From positions 11,472,001 through 11,536,000 of the forward strand of contig CM052817.1 of NCBI GenBank assembly GCA_028534125.1: 64,000 nt of DNA, given 5' to 3'. This document shows positions 26,185-37,485 of the stretch, piece by piece. The notes under the pieces were generated by a model. It saw only the letters and a program-made list of their open reading frames with translations. It was not told the DNA's origin and did no database searches. The stretch is from Lama glama (taxonomy: Eukaryota). A program made the translations under genes and the position numbers. How positions within the stretch are numbered: the stretch's first letter is position 1; the number at the start of each line of letters is the position of its first letter.

Positions 26185-27670
26185 CCTGAAACCTACTGTT
26201 CAGATCTTGGTATCTAAATGTATTTTCCAACAAGTTTCTACTGTATAGCACAGGGTACTACACTCAATATCCTGTAGTTAACCTATAATGAAAAAGAATA
26301 TGAAAAGGAATATATGTATGTATATGTGTGGCTGAAACACTGTGCTGTACACCAGAGATTGATGCAACATTCTAAGCTGACTATACTTCATTTAAATAAA
26401 AAAATGGGGGTGGGGAAAGGAACTGTAGAATAGCTTTAAAATAAATAAATTTAAAATAAATTAAAAAGTTTTCCACTAAAAAGAATGGAAAACTCCTTGG
26501 AAAAATAGCTGATGTCAGGGCCAGGACAGGTAAAGTACAAGATGAACCCAGAATATCTTGTTTTGGCAGGAAGGAAGTGCTGAAAAAGATCATTAGGCAG
26601 GGAGGGGTTGGGAAGACACGTGATTTGTCAAAAAACACTGGAACTAGCTCAGTGAGGCTCCCACTGGCCAAATCTGGAACAATTTGGGAATCAAAATAAC
26701 AGTAATAGATTTAATAACCATTGAATAAAATAAGAATCCCTGAATTCATACTGATAAAAATAACTGAATAAATAAATAAATAAATAATGGAGGAGATGAG
26801 AAAGACTGCTTTATAACAGAATATCAACTACTAGCTATAAAATGAAGTTAGAAAAATCATGAATAGATGTTAAAACTTATGAGTGAAATTTTGATGAGAC
26901 TATGTAAATATCCTGGTCTTTCAAGTATTTTTCACAAATTACATATTAAATACAAAAGGATAAATAATAACTTTCAGGGAAAAATATGGAGAATACCACA
27001 TTAACCAAATTTTCAAAGCTACCATCACCAAAATGGGGATAAATCAACATCATGAACCTTAAGATATGATGCACTGAGAAGGTCAGACATCTCTTCAGAG
27101 ATATTCCTGCCAAAAATGCATAACCAATCTAATCATGAAGAAACAACAGACAAACAAACTGAGGGATATTCTACAAAATAACTGCCCTGTACTTTTCAAA
27201 AATGTCAAGGTCAATAAATAAAAGAAAGGCTGAGGAGGTATTCCAGAAAAGAGACTAAAGAGATACGATGCCCAAATGCAATGTATGATCCTGGGCTGGG
27301 GAAAAAATAAATAATACAGACTAACAGATAAAAATCTGAATATGGATTATGAATTAGATAATAGTGCTATTAATAGTATGTAAATGTTATATCTCCTGGT
27401 TTTAATAACTACACTGTGGTTAGGTAAGACAATGTCCTTGGTTTTTGGAAATATAACTGAAGAATTTAGATGTAAAAAGGTGTGTCTCCAGATTACCCTC
27501 AGATGGTTCAGAAAAAAAAAATAGATGGATATAAGGCAAGAATGATACAGCAAATAAAGTAAAATATAATACAACTGGTGAATGTAGGTAAGGGCATATA
27601 GAGGTTCCCTGTATTATTCCAATTTTTTCTCATAATTTCAAAATTATACCAAAATTAAAAGTTAAAAACA
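26185..27670 (+). mobile_element. L1MC-like 3' UTR interrupted by a younger L1 3' fragment (about 26232-26468)
   Basis: cagatcttggtatctaaa...ctccttggaaaaatagctgat...tacaagatgaaccc, and tattcctgccaaaaatgcataacc...aatcatgaagaaaca. The insert carries ctgtatagcacaggg...ctgactatacttca. Confidence 0.8.
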
Positions 27671-30600
27671 AAAACAAAACAAAAAACTTGCCTTATTTCC
27701 CAGATCAAATATCCTAATAGACTATATAAATCCTGATAATGTTTTAAAACATATTAATTCATTCCTTTTACCCTAGACTTTGCTTTAAATTTTATGACTT
27801 ACAAGATACTAGTTATATTATATATTGCATAAGATCCAGGACAGTATCTGTTATCACTCAATATCATGCTGAGCAGTAGGATACTATTCACTATACCCAA
27901 CAAGCATTCAAACATTTGTTAGATAAGCATACTCAAAGTTACAGTATAGAATGATTACAGAAAAACTGTAAAAAGCACCACACTGTAAAGAAAGCTATTA
28001 ACTGAGACACAGAGCTTATAGGACAACTCTTCAATTAAACCATAAAAAAAGAAAAACCTGAAATAAATCACAGAGTAGCCACAAATCTAACCTAAAGAGA
28101 TGAGTTTCACAAACAGAGAAAGGTAAATATCATTTTCCATATCAAGAGTTAAATGTCTTAGCTAGTTAATATTTAACTTTAGTACAATCAAGTTTTTGCC
28201 CATAAAATTAGAATATTTATATATGCTATTTAAAAAATGAATGAGATTAAAGATTTAGGCTAAGAACTGAGATTTGAAACCTCATTATTGACTCAATTCT
28301 GATTTGCTGTACAACCCTGAGATGCTGCTTACAATTTCTATACCTCATTTAAAAATAAGAATTATGGATCATTTTCTTCCCCAAAGGCAGAAAGAATATT
28401 TTATAAAAAATAATTTCAAGCAGTAAGAGCATTGAGTATTCAACACATAAGTATATATATATATATACATACATTCACACACATACATATATGTGAAGTA
28501 AAAATATGGCTTTTTTGCAAATATGTTTACAAAGTAATAGCGAAAGGTAACTTAAAATAGTTACACAAAATACATTTAATCCCAATTCATACTATGAACA
28601 GATGCTTCACACACACAGGATACTGAAAAAAACCCAATCAACAAGTGTATATCCTGTTTAAGAGAGTTTTATCGAGTATTTTAAAAACAACAACGACAAA
28701 AACAAAACATGAGATGAGTCTTAATTGGGTCTCCTGCCTAGGGCTAGGAGAAACAATTCTCAAATGTAGTTAGAGCTCAGGAAAAAATTCCCCTTCCTTA
28801 TTCCTTATAACGGTATATATTACGTTAAAAATGTAACATAGAAACTGCGTATTAGACACACAGCATGAACTCAATTTTCAATGTCCTCCAATGCTACTTG
28901 CTATCCAAATAGGTAAGACAGAAACATATCGTAATTCCCTTTGTCCATCAAATCCAATTAATTTTGAATTTAATTCAAATTTGACTATTTTTCAAAAGCA
29001 CAAATATTTCTGTGAGATAAAGCCATACTTATTGCATCTAAGTAAGAAGATAAGAAAAAAGGAAAAACCCAAAGTATTCTAAATCATAATAATCGACAAA
29101 GACATCGTCAAATCACTGCGTGCTTCGGCAAAACTTAACACGAAGACACCGTGAGCCAGTGTTACAACGCTATCATCCTGCCTGATTCTATCTGAACGAA
29201 TTCAACAATTTCCAAACAGGTTGTCAGTGGAAGAGATCTTTACATAAGCAATTATAAAAACCGGGTCCATTTTGTATTCAGGAAGCACTAACAACACTTA
29301 TTTTAAAATTTTTATATAAGGAGTACTGTGAGACTTCTCTTACACTTTTTTAAAGAGGTAAAATCACTTATGAATACTTGCCTAAAGCTATTTCCCAGAA
29401 TGCTTCCTTAGATAAGACCAAAACATATTTTATAAGGGTAAAGCAGTTCATTGATTAAACATAACTTAAATGCCCCTAATCAGAGCAACCTTCCTTCTCG
29501 TACATTTTCCAATATGCATCGTATTCTTCAGTGCACATTTCTGAGCTGAAGTTGTACTAGTTTATCCTACCAAGAGCTCCTTTTCACTAGTGAAAAACAA
29601 GGAAGATCTTCTCGGCGCTAACCAAACAACTCTGAGGGGGGTGGGAGGAGAGGGGGCGCGAGGTGGCGCAAGAACAGATGGAAACGAGGTAAGAGAGTTG
29701 TTTTCTTAAGGCACTAAGGTTACTCCTTAACTCCAAATGCCAAGATTTAGTCGCCAGTCGAGCAAGCTGCTGCCACTATCCACTGAGACAATGCAACCTT
29801 CCTTCCTAGCGCTTCTCCTGCTCTCCTACCCACCAACCCCTTCCAAAACACTCACAACACACCCCATCCCATGACCCGCCTGGTCCCCTCGATGCCCACT
29901 CAACCAACCTGCTGGATTAACAGCTCCAAGCACACGTCTCACTCAGACAAAAAAGGCGACAGCGGCAAGGTGGGGAGGTCCCACTACCTCCCGCCACCCC
30001 CCAGCACCCCGCAGAATGACAGCCCGGAGCCCAGAAGTTTGAAGCAAAACGATTCCGACCCAACAGAAAAGGAAGACGAACTAGCAGGAGGACGGAGATG
30101 GGAGGTGGGGAGGGCGATGTGCGTGTCTGTGCAGGGAAGGGTCCATCACATGACAGTAAGAGAGGACCAGAGTCGTCGGGGCGTCCGCGAGGAGAAGGGG
30201 GGTTGCCGTCGCCATGGCAACACCCCCTCTCCGTCCAGACTTCCAAAGAGGGAGGAAGAACTTCAAATCCCAACCGTCAGCGCTCGAGCGGCTCCTTCTT
30301 AAAGGGGTACACACCGCGCCGCCGCGGCCGCCGCCGAGCGCGAGAGGGCAGAGTTGGGCGCCCCCGCCCCTCGGGCGACGCCCCCGCCGCCCCTCGCCCC
30401 CCGTGGGCCGGGCCGCAGCCCCCGCCTCGCGAGCGCCCGGGGGTCGCTCAGATCCCGGTCGCCGAGAAGTCGGCCGCGTCGGCCGGCCCAGCCCCCGGCG
30501 GCGAGAAGGGGGTGTGTGTGTGCGCCCGGTGGGGGCGCGGACCAGCCCGCCTTCCTCCCGCCGGCTCTGCCCGCCGGCTCCCCTCCGCCCGGGCACCGAC

Positions 30601-30956
30601 CCGCCGGCCCGCTTCCTCCCTCCTGACAGGGTGGACGGAGAGCGGTGAGGGGCGCCGAGGAGTTTCGGGGAGAGCGCGAGCGAGCCGTTTCCTCGGGGGC
30701 TCGGCGAGCGGGTCCGAACTAACAGTTCCCGGGGAGCCCAAGAGCTGAGGAGGAGCAGGAGCGCGGACCGCGCCGGGCGAGGAGCCCCCAGACAAAAGGC
30801 GAGCGCCGGAGCCGCCGCGCCGCCGCCGCTCCCATCTCGCTCCCCCATTGAACTGACCCGAACGGGAGATTCAACTAAACCCCTCAGCCACAAACTCCTC
30901 GGGCTGCGGCAGCCGTCGCCGCGCGGAGCCGGGGCCCCGGCCCGTGTCTCTCTTAC

Positions 30957-31110
30957 CTACACAGTGCATGAGGCGGTGGCGCCAAGAGTCGAGTTCCCGC
31001 CGGAATCCTCTCCTCTCCGCCGCGCACCGAGGGCTCCGGCACTGAGCGGCGGCGGCGGCGGCGGCAGCAGCGGCGGCGGCAGCGGCCATTCTCTCTCTTC
31101 CCTTGTCCAT
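30957..31110 (-). CDS. LCORL: LCORL (ligand-dependent nuclear receptor corepressor-like) first coding exon, 154 nt, ending in a phase-1 donor; the rest of the gene lies left of the window
   Basis: Translation [52 protein letters not shown] matches the mammalian LCORL N-terminus as I recall it (continuing [11 protein letters not shown] in exon 2). Canonical donor TAG|GTAAGA at 30957/30956. The ORF-track extension KRDTGRG... is intron read-through. Confidence 0.96.
31045..31086 (-). repeat. LCORL: Coding GCC/GCT trinucleotide repeat encoding 14 alanines
   Basis: 42 nt of ggc/agc triplets on the plus strand between the Met8 codon and the Gln codon. Confidence 0.97.
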
Positions 31111-31600
31111 CTGCGTCCCGCGTCACGCGCCCTCATTTACATACGAGCGGCGCAGGCACGAGGCAGGGGCGCGAGCCCTCGGCGCGAGCCCCGGAGCGCG
31201 CGCCCCCCGGAGGGGGGTTGATTGACACGTGTCACACTACCTTCCCACTGCCCTTCCCTCCCCCTCCCACCGCTCCCACAGGGAGAGGCGGGGAGCGAGC
31301 GTGAGGAGAAGGAAGCAACCTGCCGCTTCCGCTGACCCCGCCTCCCCAACTACTCCCCTCTCTCCCCTCCCCCAGGAGTTTACTCAAGCGAGCCATACTG
31401 CTCCTGCCGCCCGCGAAAACCCTGAGCGGGAGTGAGAGGCTCGGAGCCCGGCCAGGAACCGGCGTGCTAATGGAGCGGACTAGCAACGCTTCCCTTCTGC
31501 CTTCGCGACGCGACTCCGGCCGCCAGGAGACTTCACTTCCCAGGCCCCTTTGCGCGGGGGTCCCGAAGCGGAGCTTGCCGCTGCGGCGCGGTGCATGCCG
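31111..31600 (-). promoter_or_regulatory. LCORL: LCORL 5' UTR / proximal promoter
   Basis: Directly upstream of the ATG inside the CpG island. Contains E-box palindrome TGACACGTGTCA (31223-31234), GC-box-like CCCCGCCTCC (31336-31345), ETS-like CTTCC motifs (~31326, ~31536) and TCGCGA (31503-31508). The TSS cannot be placed from sequence alone. Confidence 0.75.
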
Positions 31601-32784
31601 GTTCTTGTAGTCCAGCAGAGATGGGCACGTTCCTATCCTCCTTTCACACTTGGCCTTGCAGATTGGCCTTGGACTTCTCAGCGCTGGGCAGCTTGTAGGT
31701 TTAGCCTCCAATTCCCTGTGCCCAAGATAGTGCGCTCGCTGCAGGTGTTGCGGGGTCTGACCCAGCCGCCTTAACTTCCTTGGACTCTCCGACAGAAGGG
31801 CACTGGAAGCCGCGAGAGTTATCGGTCTCGAAGTTTCGGGCTGCGCTTCGTGCTTTAAGTGCTTTTGACGGGTCAGTGTCATCTCGCCACTGCAGAGAAA
31901 GAGCTTGCCTGTCATTCGGCTGCTCCCGAAATAACTACCAAATATCCAGAGAGAGAGAGAGCTCGCAGTGATCAGTTTCCAGGGCGATGACATCTCGGAA
32001 AGCGAGAGAATATTTGTAAAGATTAGGGAAAAGGTGCGGGGCTTTTCGCAGGAAATTGTTTATGTAGGTTTGGATGTGGCTGGATGAAAACTCCAAAGGG
32101 GGAACTTTTATGTTCCACAAAAAGTAAACTGGAGGACAGCGACCCATTGAGACTTTCTGTACGTCTTTAACTTGCCTGAACCTAGTACAGTGCGTGGCAC
32201 GGGATTTAGCATTTAACAAATGTTACGGAATGAATTCCACGCTACGCTGGAGAAAATACTTCTTCAGAGAGAACGCTTTTGATTAGATATAAAGTCCATT
32301 AACATTCTTTTGCACCACAGCGGTTGTGCATGTTTCTTTGTACATGTGCAGGAGGCTGCACTGAAGCTAAGACACCCAAAGTTTGCTGAGAGGTACTGTG
32401 TATTACGGGAAATTTATGCACCAATCTGTGGGAAATATGTTTTAATTCTTCTTGGAAACGCCTGTGAATTCTGAGTTCAGTTCCACCCTCCCTGTTTTAT
32501 AGCTTATCTGTATCCACCTTTTTTTTCCTTTGTAGAAGAGAGTGTTCATTCCTCATCATCTCTCAGTAGTCAAGAAGTAGTTTTATATTTTCACAAATGA
32601 AAAAAAAAATTTGAAATCTCATAATCTTTTCTAGAATCGACACAATTGGAGAAACAAATGAAATCACTAGTGAAGGTGCTTTTGAGATTATCAGTGGATG
32701 GTTTCAGTTATGGATTCTAGTGGTATTATAATTGCCAAGTGATCAGCCTCTGCAGCTTTCCTGATCACTTTCACAGTAATCTAC

Positions 32785-33405
32785 ATTGGTTAGGACGGGC
32801 TAGGTTATGGTGCAGTAACAAAAGATCCAAAAGTTTTAGTGGTTTAATAAAACAAGAACAAAATTATTTCCTGCTCATCAACATGTTCATCTCTGTAGGA
32901 GGAAGGGATTGGGGGAGTGGGGAGAGCTTCAACTTAGCCATTGTCACCAAGCAGCCAGATGGTTTAGGGAGGCTCCAATCAATAACTTCCCCACATGCAT
33001 GATAGGCACAAGGAAGATGAATGGCAAACAGGTTCTTTCCAAAAGTGACACAAGTCAATACCACTCACATTTCATTGACAAAAGCAAATTGTATGGGCGT
33101 GCTATCTTCAAGGGAGCAGGAAGTGTAATCCTGCTTTTTGCCAGAAGGAAAATTAACCCAAATTTACTGGTGAACAGCACCAATGATTACTGCAATCCAT
33201 CGTTCTAGTCACCAATTTACAGATCACTCTTCTTATACTATAATACATTCACTCCTATCACAAGGAAAACAGTCAAAAATTCTGTTCTGTAATGGCACTA
33301 ATCTCAAAGTTCAGCATCTCTGGATGATGCTTAGTAGTCCCTGTATTAGAACAGGAAAAAAATTTTCTCTTGTTATGGAGACTTGAAAAGACAAAGTATC
33401 CCTGC

Positions 33406-33441
<36 letters not shown>

Positions 33442-34600
33442 ACTGAACATACAGTGGTGGGATAGGAACAAAATAACCGTGGTAAACATTTCTGTTTAGA
33501 AAGCAGAAGAATGGGAGACATGAATGAATAGTTTTAGCAAATATTTTACCACAGCTAGCATGGATTGCCAACTTCCCAGTCTCTAACAATAGTTTCCTTG
33601 CCACCATCTACTAGTTTCTAAGTCATAGCTAAATATTTTAGGTTTTCTATCATAACTGTACCTCCTTCTGGGTACCAAATTCTGTATTAGCCAGAATGGG
33701 CTAGGTTATAGTCCAGTAATATAAATACAAACTCTCAGAGGTTTAATACAAAGATATATTTCTTACTTAAACTATGTTCTCCAAAAATCAGTATTGGGGA
33801 CGGTGGGGAGAGCTGTTCCATATCTACTCAGGACCCCAGGTTTATGGAGCCCCACCATCTGGAAGTTCGCCAGTCACCATAACAAGACATAGGAGATGCT
33901 GAGTCATGGTCAAGGGCTTAAAGACTTCTGCCAATAGTGACATATTTCACTGTGTGAAGCAAATCATATGGCTATGCCTAACTTCACAGGAGCAGTATAT
34001 CAGAGAGCTTCAGGGGCATAACAAACTACCCCAAAACTTAGAAGCTTATCATATGAGCTGTTTGTTTAGCTCATAATTCTGTGGAATGGCAATTTGTATT
34101 AGGCTCAGTGGGACAGTTCTGCTGGCCGGCCCTGGGCTCGCTCAGGTGCTTGTGATTAGCTGCCTGTCAACGACTCAGCTGTTTCTGAGGGTGAGCTGTC
34201 AGCCGGGACAGCAGAGCAATCAGGCCAGGTGTCTCTCATCATCAGGAGACTAGCCCTGGCTTGTTCACATGGTGGCAGTCACAGGGTTCTAAGAGCAGCA
34301 AGAGAGCAAGCCTCAATGCACAAGCACTTTTGAAGTTTCCTCTTGGGTTTCATTTGCTCCAGGTCCATTGCCTAAGTAAATCATATGGCCAAGCCCAGTG
34401 TCAATATGGGGAAATAGATCCTACCTCTTAACAGGAAGAGCTGCAAGACACATTGCAAAGGAGTGTGGAAAGAGGGAAAGAAGTGATTTGTGGCCGCGTT
34501 TGCAATCTACTGCATAAGGGAAAGTGCAGTGCCATCATGTTCCCCCAAAGAAGGGGAAATAGAAATATTAATGAACAGAACTAATGAATATCATATCACT
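32785..34600. mobile_element. MaLR (MLT1-type) LTR-spacer-LTR remnant with a second MLT1 solo LTR nested at about 33995-34515
   Basis: Two co-oriented segments start with ttag...gggctaggttat (about 32789 and 33687) and end with similar gaacag..c.aatga.ta (about 33195 and 34595). The second is split by an unrelated aacaaactaccccaaaacttag... LTR. Confidence 0.65.
33408..33437. repeat. (AC)15 microsatellite
   Basis: Direct reading. Confidence 0.97.
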
Positions 34601-35038
34601 AGAATTTCTGGAAGAAGGACATCATGGTCAGATATAATGAAATACACAAATAGAGTTAACTTTGGAATTCAGCTTGACTTTGAAGAACAAAGACTTTTCC
34701 ATGGCAAGTATCACAGAGTATAATAATCTGATTACTTGACTTTTGTGTGAGTTCAATGAACATAGAGATAGGAGTGTAGCTTATTCACCTTTGTCTTCTC
34801 ACCATCTAGTGCTGTTCCAGGCATTTAGTTGGTGCCTAATATTTATTGACTGATTTGACAGATATTTGGGATATATATAAAATCAAGGATAGAAAGAGGG
34901 TCATATCCAGGATTGTCTCCTACACTGAAAATCTAGTTACTCATAAAGGAATTTTAATATAACAACAGATATATGAGATAAAAATGTTAATGATCTTTGG
35001 AAAGATGTTTTTGTTCTATTGTCTGTTTCCTATACATA

Positions 35039-35525
35039 TTGTATCATTGATTTATTGCTGTGTAACAAGTCAATCCATAACTTAGTAACTTAAAAGAACA
35101 ACCATTTGTTATTGCTCAAAATTCTACATATCAAATGGGCAGTTCTGTTTATCTGGTGAGGCCCTGCTGATCTTGGCTGGGACTGCTAATGCTAGAAGCT
35201 GCTTGATCTAGGATGGCCTCACTCTGGTCTGGAGTTTGGCTCCCTGTTTGCTAGGGTAATGGGAAGGGCCAGCCATGCATCTCATTATCCAGAAACTACT
35301 TTGAGCTCATTTATATAGTGGTAGCATATCAAGCAAAACAAGAGGATGAACACTAATGTGTAAGTGCAGTTCAAGTCTTTGCTTGTATTATGTTTGCTTG
35401 CTATTCTCCCATTAGCCAAGGCAAATCATGTGACAAAGCCCAAAGTCTGACTAGGAGGAAGCTTACTCATGGCATGGATACAGAAAGATATCAGAAAATT
35501 AGGGTCATTACTTCAAACCACCATA
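35039..35525. mobile_element. MLT1-type solo LTR
   Basis: tattgctgtgtaacaa...aacttagtaacttaaaagaacaaccattt...ccattagccaaggcaaatcatgtgacaaagccc. Confidence 0.75.
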
Positions 35526-37169
35526 AATACCCATCGAAGTTCACTGTTATCCATCTAAAACTTATAAGCACATGAATAGAGTACCAAGTGTAGATATTAA
35601 CCACTGGGAAAATTACATTTCATGATTTGTATGGTCATTTGGCAGTCAATTCCCAATCCAAGGTACATTTTAGGAGAATATGATATAAACATACAAATAA
35701 ATTGGAGTTGTTTGAAATACCCATGTTTCCCTAGTAGAGAAATTTAAAATTACAGAAGTGTATGATGAGTCATGTTTTTTGAGTTACTGACCCAAAATGA
35801 AAGCTATTTTAATTTGCAACAAAAATAAACAACCCAGTATACTAGTTAAGATTGTAAAATACCTATTCAATTATGAATTAACAACATGTAATACAAAATA
35901 ATATATGTTTTATAATTTAATAAAATCTAAACCCTTTTGTATGAATTAGATATTTGGAATTATGACTTATAACTATTAGATGACTTAATTAACTATAAAA
36001 TTACTCATAATGCTGAAAAGCCTTTTTTTAAGTAAACTTTATCAGCTTCTTTAAAAATATCACACTTTGCTATATTTTTTTTAGTTCTGAACTGTAATGC
36101 ACTGCACTGATCAGAGATCTAAAAATCAAAGACAAATTTGATCAACCAATTATTAGGACATGGAACATAGCCCCCGTCTGGAAAATTTCTAATCAGCCAC
36201 ATAATTATATTATGCTAAATTTTATGTAACTTAGATTCATCCAGGTTTATGAGCCTAAGATTTCTTAGGTTTTTTTTTTCTTATGGGAGTTTGGACTGTA
36301 AGGACACCATTAACTCAGATATACATACTGATGAATTTAATTTCAATACTATGGTTAAATAATTAGAGATACATAAAATAGATTAACGATTTTGTCTTTT
36401 TGATGCATTTCCAAATATTATCAACATCTTTTTTGTATCTTTTGTAGGGAACAATGATAACATTTCAAAGGACGGAATAAAAATTGAAGAAGCAGAAATA
36501 TATGATGATGCACTTTATTACTTATACTGTAATATCTACCTATTTCCTATTACAAAATTGCCTTTTGTATATATAAAAATGGGCATGACATTGGGTCCAA
36601 TATTGTCACTCTTCTCAGGGTGGTATCTCACATTCTCATTGTTCATGTTCTTTGTTTACTTCAACCATAGGGTATTTTAAGATAAATCTAAAATACACTT
36701 TTAAAACATTACTATTACACTCTGTTACCCTCTTCACACTAAATATCTTATATCAGATACAATTTTCGCTATTGTAGGGAGACTCAGGCCCTAAACTGTC
36801 AGGATAACCAATACTGAAATTAGGGTGAGCATGTTTCCTTTTTCTTTTTTTTTTTTTTAACTGAATCATGTACCTTTGAACTTGGCATCTAAATTGAATA
36901 ATTTTACCATCTATATTTTCTTACATCCAGGCAGATGTTAATAGCATCTGATCTATCACTACTCTTTTTTGTGTCCCCTTGAAATTATTCCCCCAGCCTA
37001 ACTCATTATTATCATTTTCATTTCAGCCTTTAATAAAATTTCAATGTATTATATGCTTAATGATGGCAATTTGATCCAATTAAATCCAATTGCATAGTTC
37101 AAAGTCAAATAAAAATGTTATCTATAGCACCTAGGCTATTACAGTTTAGACAGAGTACAGGTTGTCTAG

Positions 37170-37485
37170 GTCAATCCCTTGCTTTTTCAGATAGGGAAAT
37201 CGAGGCCCAGAGAGAATAAGCAATTTAAGTAGATACAAAATTTATAAGCAGTAGGCCCCAAATTAGATCAAATTTCTTGACTCCTAATTTTGACTTTTTT
37301 TGCTATAATAATGCCATCATTTGTTGAGCATATATATACGTTATTAATTCATTTAACCTTTCCCATAACCTTATACAATAAGTAGTGTTATTAATATCCG
37401 CATATTGTAGAGAAGGAATTATAAATTGGCTCAGAGAACTTAACCTGCCCACATCACTCAGCTAGTCAGTGTTGGAATCGAAATT
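37170..37485 (-). mobile_element. Two MIR fragments
   Basis: cagatagggaaatcgaggcccagagag and ggctcagagaacttaacctgcccacatcactcagctagt. Confidence 0.7.

Larger units (their letters stand above)
1..30956 (-). other. LCORL: LCORL intron 1 (partial, continues beyond position 1)
   Basis: Begins at the GTAAGA donor. No sequence encoding the expected exon-2 peptide ([21 protein letters not shown]) was seen. The region is AT-rich and repeat-rich. Confidence 0.85.
29600..32300. promoter_or_regulatory. CpG island spanning the LCORL promoter, exon 1 and 5' part of intron 1 (core about 30100-31650)
   Basis: Abrupt shift to very high GC and dense CpG against CpG-depleted flanks; boundaries estimated by eye. 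Confidence 0.93.

Noticed and set aside
29681..29695. Plus-strand consensus donor GAG|GTAAGA suggesting an antisense exon
   Set aside because: Isolated motif with no supporting exon structure.
29871..31993. Many long overlapping ORFs in the CpG island (e.g. 270 aa at 30081-30893, 216 aa, 253 aa)
   Set aside because: G/P/R/A-rich low-complexity translations expected from stop-poor GC-rich DNA; no recognisable domain. Only the LCORL exon is supported.
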